NCBI GenBank assembly: GCA_027317865.1
Contig: DAHVQG010000013.1
Location: forward strand, 17,718-81,717
DNA length: 64,000 nucleotides
Source of the DNA: Bdellovibrionales bacterium
GTDB taxonomy: Bacteria; Bdellovibrionota; Bdellovibrionia; Bdellovibrionales; UBA1609
Direction of reading: 5' to 3'
A program made the translations under genes and the position numbers. Within the stretch, counting starts at the first letter, position 1. Each line of letters starts with the position of its first letter. Below, in pieces: positions 1-10,110 of this stretch. The notes under the pieces were generated by a model. That model was not told where the DNA came from. It saw only the letters and a program-made list of their open reading frames with translations, and searched no databases.

Positions 1-40
1 GTTATCGTTGTTTGAATTGTGGCAACTCTATGGGATGCAG

Positions 41-355
41 TTAATCGCCTTCTGGGTCGCCGCCAGCGGATGCTTTTAATGAAGATAGGCTATCGCCCAT
101 TGATTTTATCGCGTTCTCGTAAGCGTCAAAAACAGCCCGCTCGATCATTTCTCGCGTTTCCTGGTTGAGCGGGTGGGCGACGTCTTTGAATTGGCCGTCT
201 TTGCGTTTTTTCGAGGGCATGGCAACGAACAACCCGTTGTTGCCGCGAATGACTTTTAAATCTCGTACGACAAAACAATTGTCGATGGTGATTGAGACGT
301 AAGCTTTCAGCCGGTCTTCGTTAACCGGAAAGACGTTCACTTCGGTGATTTGCAT
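41..355 (-). CDS. spoVG: Septation regulator / nucleic-acid-binding protein SpoVG
   Basis: MQITEVNVFP...LKAYVSITIDNCFVVRDLKVI...GLFVAMPSKK...FKDVAHP is the SpoVG signature. Confidence 0.95.
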   Translation of the reverse strand: MQITEVNVFPVNEDRLKAYVSITIDNCFVVRDLKVIRGNNGLFVAMPSKKRKDGQFKDVAHPLNQETREMIERAVFDAYENAIKSMGDSLSSLKASAGGDPEGD

Positions 356-498
356 GGCAGGACCCCTTGTTGCTGCAGACTTCTCTTATAGAGTATCGGA
401 TCTTTGGTCCTGCGACTGAAATCATTTTTTCGTCTCAAAACGAGACATTTATGCCGATGCAGTCTAAATTACCGCAATTTGATACTAAACTCGTTTTA

Positions 499-2001
499 TT
501 ACTTGCTTATAAAAATCATCAATGGATAACCGCCCCGCAATACACGCAATGTATTGATTTTACCGCGACGTAAGTATCGCACCATTTCTTCTTCCGTCTC
601 AACCCGGTGGCGATTAACATCCACAATCATGTCGCCTGCTGAGAGACCCGCGGCATTGGCCGGACTGCCCGGTCGAACAGCCACAACAATTGGGCCCCGT
701 CGCTCTAATTTGGGCAAGCCAAATTTATGGGCTAGATCTTCTGAGTAATTCGACACTGAAAATCCAAGCCCAAATGGCGCCAAACGCCCGCCTTCGGCTT
801 CAGGTGGGGTCTCATAATGTTGTTCTTGATCGGGGTTATCGACGAGAGTCACGTGCAAAATAATTTTTCGTCTATTTCGCAAAACTTCGATCGGATAAGT
901 TTTGCCGGGGGTAGCATCTTCAATATATCGCTGAAGTGAAGCGGCATCAGTAATCTTTTTGCCGTCAAATCGAATGATGAAATCACCGTTTCGAATGCCC
1001 GCTCTTTGCGCGGGTGAGTTTTGCATCACCCCTGAGATAAATGCGCCATGAGCGTCACTCAAGCCCAAATATTGGGCTTCACCATAGTTTAATTGCTGCA
1101 AATAGACGCCCAAATAAGGATGATGGATGATTTCGCCGCGCTCGAGTTTAGCAATGATTGGTTTTGCCAAGTCAATCGGGATAGCAAACCCGATGGCTCC
1201 GCCGGGGGCATCTGCTGCAATTGCTGTATTTACCCCGACGACTTCGCCGAGAGTGTTGACGAGCGGCCCACCCGAGTTACCTGGGTTAATAGTTGCGTCG
1301 GTTTGTAGAAACGGAAATTGATTGAGGTTTTGAATTTCGCGTCCGGTTGCCGAGATAATCCCTTTGGTCATGGTGTGGCCCAAACCGAGCGGGTTACCAA
1401 ATGCCGCGACCCAGTCGCCGACCTGCAATTTTGAACTTTGGCCAAATACAACAGCCGGCAACGGCCTACCGGCATTGATTTTAATAACGGCGAGATCGGC
1501 ACGCGCATCGTGGCCAATCAATTTCGCCGTGTAGAATTTTTTGCTTTTTTCTGAGAGTTGAACCTTGATAATCGTCGCGTTTTTAACAACGTGGTTGTTA
1601 GTCAAAATTAAACCGTCGGAGCGGATAATAAATCCAGAGCCCAGCGAAACGACGGGCTGGGGTTGAACATACTGCTGCGGAAACATCTGTTGAAACATCT
1701 GAAAAAACGGATCGTTGTAGGGCATCGGAAACTGTTCGTACTGGGCTTTGGGGATGTAAGTTGAAGAAATGTTCACGACGGACGGGTTGATCACATTGGC
1801 CAGCTGAACAAATAAATTTTCTGGCATGGGGGCCCCAAGATGGAGTTCAGGAGCTTCTTCAGCCGACAATTGCTGACGCGTGAATATTAAATCTGTAGTG
1901 ATCGCGCCAAGTGCAAAAATAGCGACGATGAATCCGGTCATAAAAGCACGGGCGTGCTTTTCAAAAAAGGACATTTCTGATTTAACTTTATTTCGTCTCA
2001 T
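499..2001 (-). CDS. degP: DegP/HtrA (Do family) periplasmic serine protease with two PDZ domains
   Basis: Catalytic triad contexts TNNHVV, ADLAVI and GNSGGPL; N-terminal hydrophobic segment; two C-terminal PDZ repeats (SPAQRAG, SPANAAG). Confidence 0.9.
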   Translation of the reverse strand: MRRNKVKSEMSFFEKHARAFMTGFIVAIFALGAITTDLIFTRQQLSAEEAPELHLGAPMPENLFVQLANVINPSVVNISSTYIPKAQYEQFPMPYNDPFFQMFQQMFPQQYVQPQPVVSLGSGFIIRSDGLILTNNHVVKNATIIKVQLSEKSKKFYTAKLIGHDARADLAVIKINAGRPLPAVVFGQSSKLQVGDWVAAFGNPLGLGHTMTKGIISATGREIQNLNQFPFLQTDATINPGNSGGPLVNTLGEVVGVNTAIAADAPGGAIGFAIPIDLAKPIIAKLERGEIIHHPYLGVYLQQLNYGEAQYLGLSDAHGAFISGVMQNSPAQRAGIRNGDFIIRFDGKKITDAASLQRYIEDATPGKTYPIEVLRNRRKIILHVTLVDNPDQEQHYETPPEAEGGRLAPFGLGFSVSNYSEDLAHKFGLPKLERRGPIVVAVRPGSPANAAGLSAGDMIVDVNRHRVETEEEMVRYLRRGKINTLRVLRGGYPLMIFISK

Positions 2002-2043
2002 AATACCTCGGTATTTTAGGTAATTTATTTTGCGCCAGACAAG

Positions 2044-2307
2044 TTATTTGCTTTGTACGAACTTCAGCTGCAAATCCTGGATAATCGCATCAAGATAATT
2101 TTTTTCGGAGTCAGATAAATTGCTTCTTGTTTTATCTCTAAGCATGACCAGAAGATCAATGCTGTATTGCGCGAGATCCAAATTTTTTTCAAATTGATTC
2201 GTTTGTGGATTTTTTTCTATTCCGAGGCTCACAACGGCAGATGAAGCAATCGAAATAACAAGCGTTGAAAACGTGGCCTCAAGTTTTTGAGTTGCAGGTG
2301 TCTCCAT
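2044..2307 (-). CDS. DUF1844 family protein
   Basis: FSTLVISIASSA..SLG...NP...NLDLAQYSIDLLVMLRDKT..NL..E...L...LQLKFV pattern. Confidence 0.8.
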   Translation of the reverse strand: METPATQKLEATFSTLVISIASSAVVSLGIEKNPQTNQFEKNLDLAQYSIDLLVMLRDKTRSNLSDSEKNYLDAIIQDLQLKFVQSK

Positions 2308-2313
2308 ATATTT

Positions 2314-4167
2314 TTAATCATTAGGGCAGCGCGAAGGACGCGTCAACGAAAAGTCTTTTGGTTGCAACTGTAACAACACGTGACGAACTGCGCAGTGAGC
2401 GCGGAACACAGCTTCTTCAAATGTCGGGATGCCGATATCAGGACTTGCAAAATAAACGTGGCCGAACGGTCGGGCCAAAAATCGAGCGTCGTAAATAAAG
2501 TGCCCGGGCCCTACAATGGGTACGCTTGCCGGCATTCGTGAAACATGAACGGATTGTAAGTCTATGGCGCCTGACCTTAAGCTTTCAGAATCCTGGGCGT
2601 GTAAACTGTAAAATAACGATTGAAACGTTTTCGCCCAATTGGCAACGGCGTGGCTGGCAAGCGACGCGACCGTTTTTGGTGCCAACTTTGAGCGGTGATA
2701 CAAAATTTGCGGTGACATGTTGATTGGCAATGGCTCCAAAAGAGTTATGGTCTCGGTGGAGTCGGTAGCCAGGTCGTTAAAAAACTCTGGGAGTAAAAAA
2801 CTGGTAGGGGTCGGAGCCGACGCAGCGGATTTCGAAGTTGGTCCGTTGTTATCCCACCATATTTGATAACTCGAGAAGAACGGCCGGCCGTTAAGGACAA
2901 TGTTATAGCGCATGATTGGGGCATAGTTCATATCCCGTATCAACTGAACTTGTTTACGAATCGAATAGGCTTTTGCGGTTGCAAAGCCTTCTATTTTGCC
3001 GGGCGCCGATTGTAAACTCATGGCCCAAATCACGGCATGCGCGTGAACTTCGTGGGGCCGGCCATCGAGCGTGTAGTCAATTGTTATATCGTTCGTTTTC
3101 GGCGACATAATACTTGTCAGGCGCGTGAGGCGGCGAAATGTAACATAAGAGTTGTCGTCAAGGTGCCTTCGCAACCGGTGTAGATCCTTTGCGGCGTGAG
3201 TAAGAGGACGCACCATATGAGTTACGTTCAACATGATTTTGGCAACGTACAACGCCGAAAGATTACGGCACTCCGTACCGGCGCGAGTAAGGCAAACAAG
3301 ATTGGCATAGGTTAATACATTTTTCATCGGCGGCCCTGCGTGCGCGCTCACAAAATTTTTGTCATGGTAGCGCATGTATATCTTTTGCGATTTTTGATCG
3401 CTGCGCTCGCGTAGATCTTCGGGCATGGATTCGATCCATTTCGCCGCATTCATTTGGTCGAGATCGAGGTGATAATGGCGTTGAGCGCTGGTTTCAAGCG
3501 GAACAGTTCCAACCATTCGGCCTTTAAACTCCTTGTAAAGTTCTCGTTTAAAAACCGCAAAATCCGGCGGGAGTTTTTTTAGTGTGTTGTCATCCCACAT
3601 GTGATTATAAAACACGCCGTGAAAATAGTAAGCATCGACCGGTTCGATGTAAGGGGAGTTGATCGCCCCTGGTGCACGGCCTGCGTGATTTTTTGTTACC
3701 TCGCCCACCTGCGGAATCTTTTTATTGTACGGGTTGAAAAACCGGCGGAATACCTCTGAAATTTCGCGATCGCGAGCGGATATGCTCGGCGGCCGATCGA
3801 TAATCGCTTCGCCGTCGGCGATGGCGATCGCGTGGAGTTGGCCGACCAATTCATCGTCGCTCGAAACGAGATCGAGAACGTGGAGATGATGCCGGGCAAG
3901 CCCATATGTTGCGGACCATCCCGCCAATTGGCCACCTATAACCACGACGTCGTATGTGCCGTCGTCAGATACCGGACTTTCGCGAATTTTGTCTGTGCGT
4001 TTGGCCGGTTCATCTGTCGGCTCGTCAAAATAAATAGGCGCGCGTTGCGGTTCGCTCGTGTAGTACTGTACGGTGTTTACGCTGGCTGGGTTCCGTTCGA
4101 TGAGCGAACAACCGGCAAAAGCCGCGATGAGCCCGCCGCTCGTCAGAAAAAGTAGCACATACCTCAT
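2314..4167 (-). CDS. Lipoprotein with FAD-dependent oxidoreductase (amine-oxidase-like) fold, degenerate dinucleotide motif
   Basis: Lipobox FAGC; YDVVVIGGQLAG Rossmann-like motif; C-terminal PFGHVYFASPDIG..TFEEA segment typical of flavin amine oxidases. Confidence 0.6.
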   Translation of the reverse strand: MRYVLLFLTSGGLIAAFAGCSLIERNPASVNTVQYYTSEPQRAPIYFDEPTDEPAKRTDKIRESPVSDDGTYDVVVIGGQLAGWSATYGLARHHLHVLDLVSSDDELVGQLHAIAIADGEAIIDRPPSISARDREISEVFRRFFNPYNKKIPQVGEVTKNHAGRAPGAINSPYIEPVDAYYFHGVFYNHMWDDNTLKKLPPDFAVFKRELYKEFKGRMVGTVPLETSAQRHYHLDLDQMNAAKWIESMPEDLRERSDQKSQKIYMRYHDKNFVSAHAGPPMKNVLTYANLVCLTRAGTECRNLSALYVAKIMLNVTHMVRPLTHAAKDLHRLRRHLDDNSYVTFRRLTRLTSIMSPKTNDITIDYTLDGRPHEVHAHAVIWAMSLQSAPGKIEGFATAKAYSIRKQVQLIRDMNYAPIMRYNIVLNGRPFFSSYQIWWDNNGPTSKSAASAPTPTSFLLPEFFNDLATDSTETITLLEPLPINMSPQILYHRSKLAPKTVASLASHAVANWAKTFQSLFYSLHAQDSESLRSGAIDLQSVHVSRMPASVPIVGPGHFIYDARFLARPFGHVYFASPDIGIPTFEEAVFRAHCAVRHVLLQLQPKDFSLTRPSRCPND

Positions 4168-4218
4168 GTTACTATGGCAACACGGATTGACGCATTCGTA
4201 AACGAGCCGTTCGTTGAG

Positions 4219-5061
4219 TTAAACCGGATAATACCCAATTAAACGTTGAATTCGCCGTGCGGTTTGCGGTTGAGTCGCGAATTGCCGGGTCCAGCGAGTC
4301 ATGGTTAACGGGCTAACAATAAAAACATGTGCGGCTGACAGTGGGGCCGGCATGGGGGAAGTCGTTGCATAGGAGTCGAGCTTCCAAAGTGCGGTTGCCA
4401 AATTTTTGGGGTCGCGGATTAAATTGGCGGCTAAATGATCGGCGGCCATATAAAATGACGGTCGAACCGACAAACGCAAAATGAAACTGATGATAGGTGA
4501 CGCCAGCCGCGTAAAAAATTGGCTGACGAAGGTGCCACGATTTTTTCGCTCCACTATGAGAAAGCGCAAAAAAACGTCGAGCGCGCCTGTAATCAAAAGT
4601 CCGGTTGAGGCGAGAAAACTGCCGACTGCAAACGCCAACGTGTTAAGGGTACGAATGCTTGCGATCTGATATGCAACGACGGCTTCGAGTTCTTCGGGAT
4701 TGAGTTTTCGAATCAAACCCTCAGTCAAAATCAAAGTGCCGTGCGTGAGGCTACGGCCAACAACTGCGGCTTGCGGGGCGTCTTCGTCTAAAATTACAAT
4801 CCGCGGATTTGCGATGCGCGCCTTTACCGACAAACGTCGAGCGATTTCGGCGACACCGTACGGATCTTGACCTTGCAGCATTTGACCCGGTAACAATCCG
4901 AGAACGCGACGGTCTTCATAAAAATAAATGTACGAATTTACACTCAAGACAAATACAAGTGCGATCATGAGGCCTTCGCGGCCGCCAAAAGCGTGACCCA
5001 AGACAATTAGCGTTAATGACGAAACTGCTAAAAACATCCAAGCTTTTGTGACATTGCCCAT
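4219..5061 (-). CDS. HtpX/M48-like membrane protein lacking HExxH (probable pseudoprotease)
   Basis: HtpX-like topology and motifs (PQAAVVGR, ILTEGLIRKLNPEELEAVVA), but YQIAS in place of HELAH and TQP in place of THP. Confidence 0.75.
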   Translation of the reverse strand: MGNVTKAWMFLAVSSLTLIVLGHAFGGREGLMIALVFVLSVNSYIYFYEDRRVLGLLPGQMLQGQDPYGVAEIARRLSVKARIANPRIVILDEDAPQAAVVGRSLTHGTLILTEGLIRKLNPEELEAVVAYQIASIRTLNTLAFAVGSFLASTGLLITGALDVFLRFLIVERKNRGTFVSQFFTRLASPIISFILRLSVRPSFYMAADHLAANLIRDPKNLATALWKLDSYATTSPMPAPLSAAHVFIVSPLTMTRWTRQFATQPQTARRIQRLIGYYPV

Positions 5062-5124
5062 ATTCGGTTATCATAACCATGAACTGGACCGCAGCACAAG
5101 TCGTAAGGACGAAGGAGTCATTGC

Positions 5125-6114
5125 ATGAGCGTCGATGTTTTAGCCCTTAACGAAACCATCAAACAAGAAAGTCAGTTTGTTGATCGCGCATTACGCGAAA
5201 TCAATAAAGTCGTCGTGGGCCAGCGCGAAATGATCGAAAGTATTTTCATGGGACTTCTTACGGGCGGCCACGTCTTACTCGAAGGCGTACCCGGGCTCGC
5301 AAAGACACTGACGATTTCGTCCGTCGCTAAGGCGATCAGTCTCGGATTTCAACGCGTACAGTTTACTCCCGATCTACTCCCGACGGATTTAATCGGAACT
5401 ATGATTTACGATGCGAAGACGAGCGAGTTTCGCACAAAAAAGGGCCCGATTTTTACAAATATTGTATTGGCTGACGAGATCAATCGCGCGCCGGCGAAGG
5501 TGCAGTCGGCACTACTTGAAGCGATGGCTGAAAAACAAGTTACAATAGGTGATACGACTTACAAACTTGAAATTCCGTTTTTGGTGCTGGCGACGCAAAA
5601 CCCGCTTGAGCAAGAAGGAACATACCCGCTCCCCGAGGCGCAAATGGACCGGTTTATGTTCAAAGTTCTTGTGAGCTACCCTAAGAAAACCGAAGAGATG
5701 GAAATTCTTAATCGAATGGCCACTGATAATGTTCCGCAGATCGAACCGATTATTAATCGCGACGAATTGCTGCGCGCGCGCGGTCGCTGCGATATGATTT
5801 ACATCGATGAGAAATTGAAAACATATATTGTTGAACTGGTCATGGCCACGCGCGAACCCGCCAATCACGGCCTGGCTTCAATGGAAAGTCTGATTCAAGT
5901 CGGCGGTTCACCGAGGGCCACTATTTCGCTAACGCGCGCAAGTAAAGCACAGGCCTTTTTACGCTCGCGCGGTTATGTGACCGCCGACGATATTAAAGCG
6001 GTCGCGTACCATGTGTTGCGACATCGTCTGATTCTGACTTACGAAGCTGAGGCCGAAAACATCAAGACGGACGATGTCATAAAAGAAGTGCTCAATACGG
6101 TTGAGGTCCCCTGA
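5125..6114 (+). CDS. moxR: MoxR family AAA+ ATPase
   Basis: HVLLEGVPGLAKT Walker A, RVQFTPDLLP, LADEINRA Walker B, ATQNPLEQEGTYPLPEAQMDRF; SD GAAGGAG upstream. Confidence 0.95.
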   Translation: MSVDVLALNETIKQESQFVDRALREINKVVVGQREMIESIFMGLLTGGHVLLEGVPGLAKTLTISSVAKAISLGFQRVQFTPDLLPTDLIGTMIYDAKTSEFRTKKGPIFTNIVLADEINRAPAKVQSALLEAMAEKQVTIGDTTYKLEIPFLVLATQNPLEQEGTYPLPEAQMDRFMFKVLVSYPKKTEEMEILNRMATDNVPQIEPIINRDELLRARGRCDMIYIDEKLKTYIVELVMATREPANHGLASMESLIQVGGSPRATISLTRASKAQAFLRSRGYVTADDIKAVAYHVLRHRLILTYEAEAENIKTDDVIKEVLNTVEVP

Positions 6115-6147
6115 CAAGGACTCGCATCGCGAATCTGGAGCTTTGAC

Positions 6148-7038
6148 ATGAGTTCTGCTAACGCCACTTTGCCACCTGAAATACTAAAAAAGGTTCATTT
6201 ACTTGAACTGAATACGCGAAAACTCGTGAACAATCTTTTCGCCGGTGAGTATCATTCGGCGTTCAAGGGCCAAGGGATGACCTTTTCGGAATTTCGCGAA
6301 TACGCGCCAGGTGACGACATTCGCACGATTTCGTGGCCGGTGACCGCGCGCATGGGCAAGCCGTACATAAAAAAATTCGATGAAGAGCGGGAGCTGACGC
6401 TGATGTTGCTTGTCGACGTGAGTGGATCCGGTGACTTTGGCACCGGTGAATATTTTAAAGGTGAAGTGATTGCACACTTAGCCGCGCTCCTCAGTTTTTC
6501 AGCGGCAAAGAATAACGATGCCGTCGGAGTAATTCTTTTTTCGGACCGCATTGAGCACTACGTGCCGCCAAAAAAAGGGCGTGGGCATGTTTATCGGATT
6601 TTGCGCGATTTGTACTACTTTAAGCCGCAGAGCCGCGGCACCAACATTCAAGCCGCGTTGGAATACGCACAGGGAGTTTTGAAAAAGCGCTCCACAGTGT
6701 TTTTGTTCAGCGATTTTCAGGACCGCAATTTTGATCGCGCGCTACGCCAGGTCGGGCGCAAGCATGATCTCATCGCGTGCGTGATTCGCGATGCCGCCGA
6801 AAATGAAATTCCGAACGTGGGCCTGATTGAACTTGAAGACTCCGAAACGGGTGAACGTATAGTTGTGGACACCGGGTCGCCCGTTTTTCGCCGGCGTTAT
6901 CTGCAAGAGATGAAACGCGCCAAAGACGAACGCGATCAACTTCTCAGGCGGGCGCAAGTCGAACGAATCGACATTGATACTTCGAAGGATTTTGTTGATC
7001 CGCTCGCCGAATTTTTTCGTCGAAGGAATAAGAAATGA
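6148..7038 (+). CDS. DUF58 domain (VWA-like) protein
   Basis: GEYHSAFKGQGMTFSEFREYAPGDDIRTISW, KKFDEERE, DVSGS; follows moxR. Confidence 0.9.
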   Translation: MSSANATLPPEILKKVHLLELNTRKLVNNLFAGEYHSAFKGQGMTFSEFREYAPGDDIRTISWPVTARMGKPYIKKFDEERELTLMLLVDVSGSGDFGTGEYFKGEVIAHLAALLSFSAAKNNDAVGVILFSDRIEHYVPPKKGRGHVYRILRDLYYFKPQSRGTNIQAALEYAQGVLKKRSTVFLFSDFQDRNFDRALRQVGRKHDLIACVIRDAAENEIPNVGLIELEDSETGERIVVDTGSPVFRRRYLQEMKRAKDERDQLLRRAQVERIDIDTSKDFVDPLAEFFRRRNKK

Positions 7039-8009
7039 GTCGAGCTCCGGTTCATGTGCCCAATCGGGCTTCGCCGCCTTCGGCCAATTGTACGCTCTCG
7101 GCCGCGCAAATTACGGTTGGGCAAAAAATTGTGCTCGATTGCACGGGCCAATTCAAAACTCCGCCAAGCGCTGATTTGCAGGTCGTGCCGGCGACACCCG
7201 CAAACGCGTATCAACTTTACGTGCTCAAGGTCGCGCAGTCTTCGTCCACTGAAGTAAAAGCCACGGTGACCGGTTACCGCGTCGGCAAAATTAATAACCA
7301 GATTTTTATATTATCTGATGGCAACCCGAAGAGCCAGCGTGAGGGTAGCTCAAAAATCCAGAGCACGGGTACTGTGACATTTCAAACTTCACCGCTCAGT
7401 TTGACCGTTGCAAGCGTAATGAATCCGTCTCATCCTGTTTCTAAACCGTACAGCTCCATCGGACCGTTTCGCATGGCTTATCCGGTTTGGCTTTGGTATT
7501 TTCTAATTGCAATCGCCCTATTATTAGTGGGTGTGATCGTGCAAGTATTTCTTCGCCGGCGCCGGCGACGTCATCTACGCAAAGAAATGGAAAAACACGC
7601 CGTACGGCTACCAGCCTATGCGCAATTTAGTAAAGACGCGCGCGCCGCCGCGAGAAAATTAGTCGTAACGAGGGCCGATTCCGAAGCGCCTGAACTGTTG
7701 GCGCGAATTGAAGAAGATTTTCGACTGTATCTCATTCGGGAGTTGCATGTTCCGGCGCTGCAAGTTTCAGATCGCGAATTGCTCAGCGAAATTCGCCGGT
7801 CACAAAAAGCAGTTTATCAACAGTGCCAATCTGAATTACGACGGTTTTTCTTTGAACTGGCAAAAAGTCACGGGGATGATCGCGCTCAGTTGAAGATTAA
7901 AGATTGCGAAGATCTTTTATATTTGTCGCGGCACCTTGCCGATAATATTCAGGCGATAAAACGCAAAGATCGCTCGAATTTTTCGAGCCGAATGCGAGGG
8001 CGGCCATGA
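7035..8009 (+). CDS. Single-pass membrane protein of the MoxR/Bat operon
   Basis: ATGA overlaps at both ends; one TM segment (WLWYFLIAIALLLVGVIVQVF) followed by a poly-Arg stop-transfer; occupies the usual position between DUF58 and batA. Confidence 0.7.
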   Translation: MSRAPVHVPNRASPPSANCTLSAAQITVGQKIVLDCTGQFKTPPSADLQVVPATPANAYQLYVLKVAQSSSTEVKATVTGYRVGKINNQIFILSDGNPKSQREGSSKIQSTGTVTFQTSPLSLTVASVMNPSHPVSKPYSSIGPFRMAYPVWLWYFLIAIALLLVGVIVQVFLRRRRRRHLRKEMEKHAVRLPAYAQFSKDARAAARKLVVTRADSEAPELLARIEEDFRLYLIRELHVPALQVSDRELLSEIRRSQKAVYQQCQSELRRFFFELAKSHGDDRAQLKIKDCEDLLYLSRHLADNIQAIKRKDRSNFSSRMRGRP

Positions 8010-9025
8010 TTCATTGGGCCTCGCCGATTGCGTTTGTGATGATTCCCGTTGTGTTGGCCGTTGTCGGCTACCGGTTTTGGAGTCACTCCGAAAAAGACGC
8101 GAGCCTTCAGTTTAGCCGTCTTAAAGATTTGAAAAATGTGCCGCGAGGTTTGTCGGCCCGATTGACCGAGTTGCCGACGTTACTCAAAGTTGTGGCTCTC
8201 GGTTTTGCAATCATGGCGCTCGCGCGGCCGCAAAGTCCGAGTCAACAAGTCCGTCGAAGTGTTGAAGGTATCGACATCATGATTTGTCTCGACGTTTCGG
8301 GGTCAATGCTGATTCAAGATATGAAACCGGTGAATCGCGTGACCTCCGCCAAGAAGTGGATTGGCGAGTTTATCAAAGGCCGCACGTCAGACCGTATCGG
8401 TCTAATCGTATTTTCGGGCGAAGCTTATACCCGCGTGCCGCTGACTCTCGATTATCCGCTGCTTCTCAAAAGTGTGAATAGTATTAGAATGCGCAGAATT
8501 TCAACGACACTGAAGCCGGGCACGGCGATCGGAGTGGGGTTGGCCGATGCGGTTGCAAATTTGCGCAAGTCGAAGGCAAAAACAAAAGTCATAATTTTCT
8601 TGACCGACGGTGAGAATAACACGGGCACAATCGATCCCGATACGGCACTACAAATGGCAAAAGGCTACGGGATGAAAATTTATTCGGTTGGGATGGGCCG
8701 CAACGGCGAAGCGGAATTGCCGATATACGTGAAAGACGCTTTCGGCCATACCGTTAAAGAGTATCAACCGATTGACAGTGAAGTGAATGTGAAACTCCTG
8801 AAGAAATTTGCGGACGAAACAGGCGGTAAATTCTTTCGCGCCAAAGAAGGGTACCAACTAAGAACGGTTTTTAACGACATCGACAAATTGACGAAATCGA
8901 AAATTAAGACTGATAAATACACCCGGTACACCGAAATGTTTCAATCCGATTTGGGTTGGGCGATATTGTTGTACATTGTGGCGATTATTTTGGGCCAAAC
9001 GCTTTTGCGGCGAGGTCCACTATGA
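8006..9025 (+). CDS. batA: BatA-like VWA domain membrane protein
   Basis: ALARPQ, DVSGSM MIDAS, DRIGLIVF, GTAIG, LTDGENN. Confidence 0.85.
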   Translation: MIHWASPIAFVMIPVVLAVVGYRFWSHSEKDASLQFSRLKDLKNVPRGLSARLTELPTLLKVVALGFAIMALARPQSPSQQVRRSVEGIDIMICLDVSGSMLIQDMKPVNRVTSAKKWIGEFIKGRTSDRIGLIVFSGEAYTRVPLTLDYPLLLKSVNSIRMRRISTTLKPGTAIGVGLADAVANLRKSKAKTKVIIFLTDGENNTGTIDPDTALQMAKGYGMKIYSVGMGRNGEAELPIYVKDAFGHTVKEYQPIDSEVNVKLLKKFADETGGKFFRAKEGYQLRTVFNDIDKLTKSKIKTDKYTRYTEMFQSDLGWAILLYIVAIILGQTLLRRGPL

Positions 9026-10110
9026 ATAACTCCATAGCGGCAGGTGCATTGGGGTGGCGTTTTGCATCGGCGAGCGACTTGCACTGGCTCTGGATTTTGC
9101 CTGTGCTGTTTGTGCTTTTTCGAATTTGGAGTAAACGGGCCGAGGCGCGTTTCAGAAAAAATTTGGGTGGTAAAACTGTACCCTTGTTAACAGCTTCGGT
9201 CTCTCAAAAAAAACGCAAGTGGAAGATTTATCTGCAGTTGATCGCTTTAACTCTGATGATTGTGTCATATGCTCGGCCGCAAGCGGGCGTGGGCTACCAA
9301 AATGTAAAAAACGAAGGCATTGAAATTCTACTTGTAATGGACGTTTCGAATTCGATGCGGGCCGAAGACATTAAACCGAGCCGGTTGGAGTTTGCGCGCT
9401 CTGAACTTTTGCAGTTTGTGAATATGTCCGGTGGTGATCGAATGGGTGTCGTGGCTTTTGCCGGATCAGCTGCGCTATTGTGCCCGCTCACAACCGATCA
9501 AGATGCCGTAAAAATGTATTTACGATCTCTCAGTACCGACAGCGTCAGCACGCAAGGGACTGATTTTCAAAAAGCACTCGCTGTGGCGGACGAGGCATTT
9601 AAAAACGGCGGCTTGGGCGGTCAACCGGGAGTACAAGTGACTCGTGCCATTCTGCTTGTGTCGGATGGCCAAGACAATGAACCCGGGGCTCTGGTTGAAG
9701 CAGAAAAATTGGCAAAACAAGGCATTCACATTTTTACCTTGGCGGTGGGTACTGCCGAAGGTGCGCCGATTCCAATCCGCGATAGCAACGGCCAACTGAC
9801 AGGTTATATGCGAGACGCCGCTGGCCAGGTGGTTATGACAAAAGTTTCGGGCAAGGAGCTTGAGGCTATGGCCCGCATGGGTCATGGTGCGTTTTACCAT
9901 GCGACATATGAGGATGATGCAATCCAAGCCGTTCGAACTGAAATTAGTAAGTTACATCAAACGCAGTTTAAGTCCGGGCGAATTCCGATTTTTAAAGAAT
10001 TTTTTCAGTGGCCGCTGTTTTTTGCTTTAGTGATCGCATTAATTGAAATTTGGTTAGGCGAGCGAAAAGAAGGGGGAAGGTGGCGAGGACGATTCGAGGT
10101 GCCCCGGTGA
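9022..10110 (+). CDS. batB: BatB-like VWA domain membrane protein
   Basis: ATG at 9022 overlaps batA stop (ATGA); ARPQ, DVSNSMRAEDIKPSRL, FAG.A...PLT.D, SDGQD. Confidence 0.85.
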   Translation: MNNSIAAGALGWRFASASDLHWLWILPVLFVLFRIWSKRAEARFRKNLGGKTVPLLTASVSQKKRKWKIYLQLIALTLMIVSYARPQAGVGYQNVKNEGIEILLVMDVSNSMRAEDIKPSRLEFARSELLQFVNMSGGDRMGVVAFAGSAALLCPLTTDQDAVKMYLRSLSTDSVSTQGTDFQKALAVADEAFKNGGLGGQPGVQVTRAILLVSDGQDNEPGALVEAEKLAKQGIHIFTLAVGTAEGAPIPIRDSNGQLTGYMRDAAGQVVMTKVSGKELEAMARMGHGAFYHATYEDDAIQAVRTEISKLHQTQFKSGRIPIFKEFFQWPLFFALVIALIEIWLGERKEGGRWRGRFEVPR

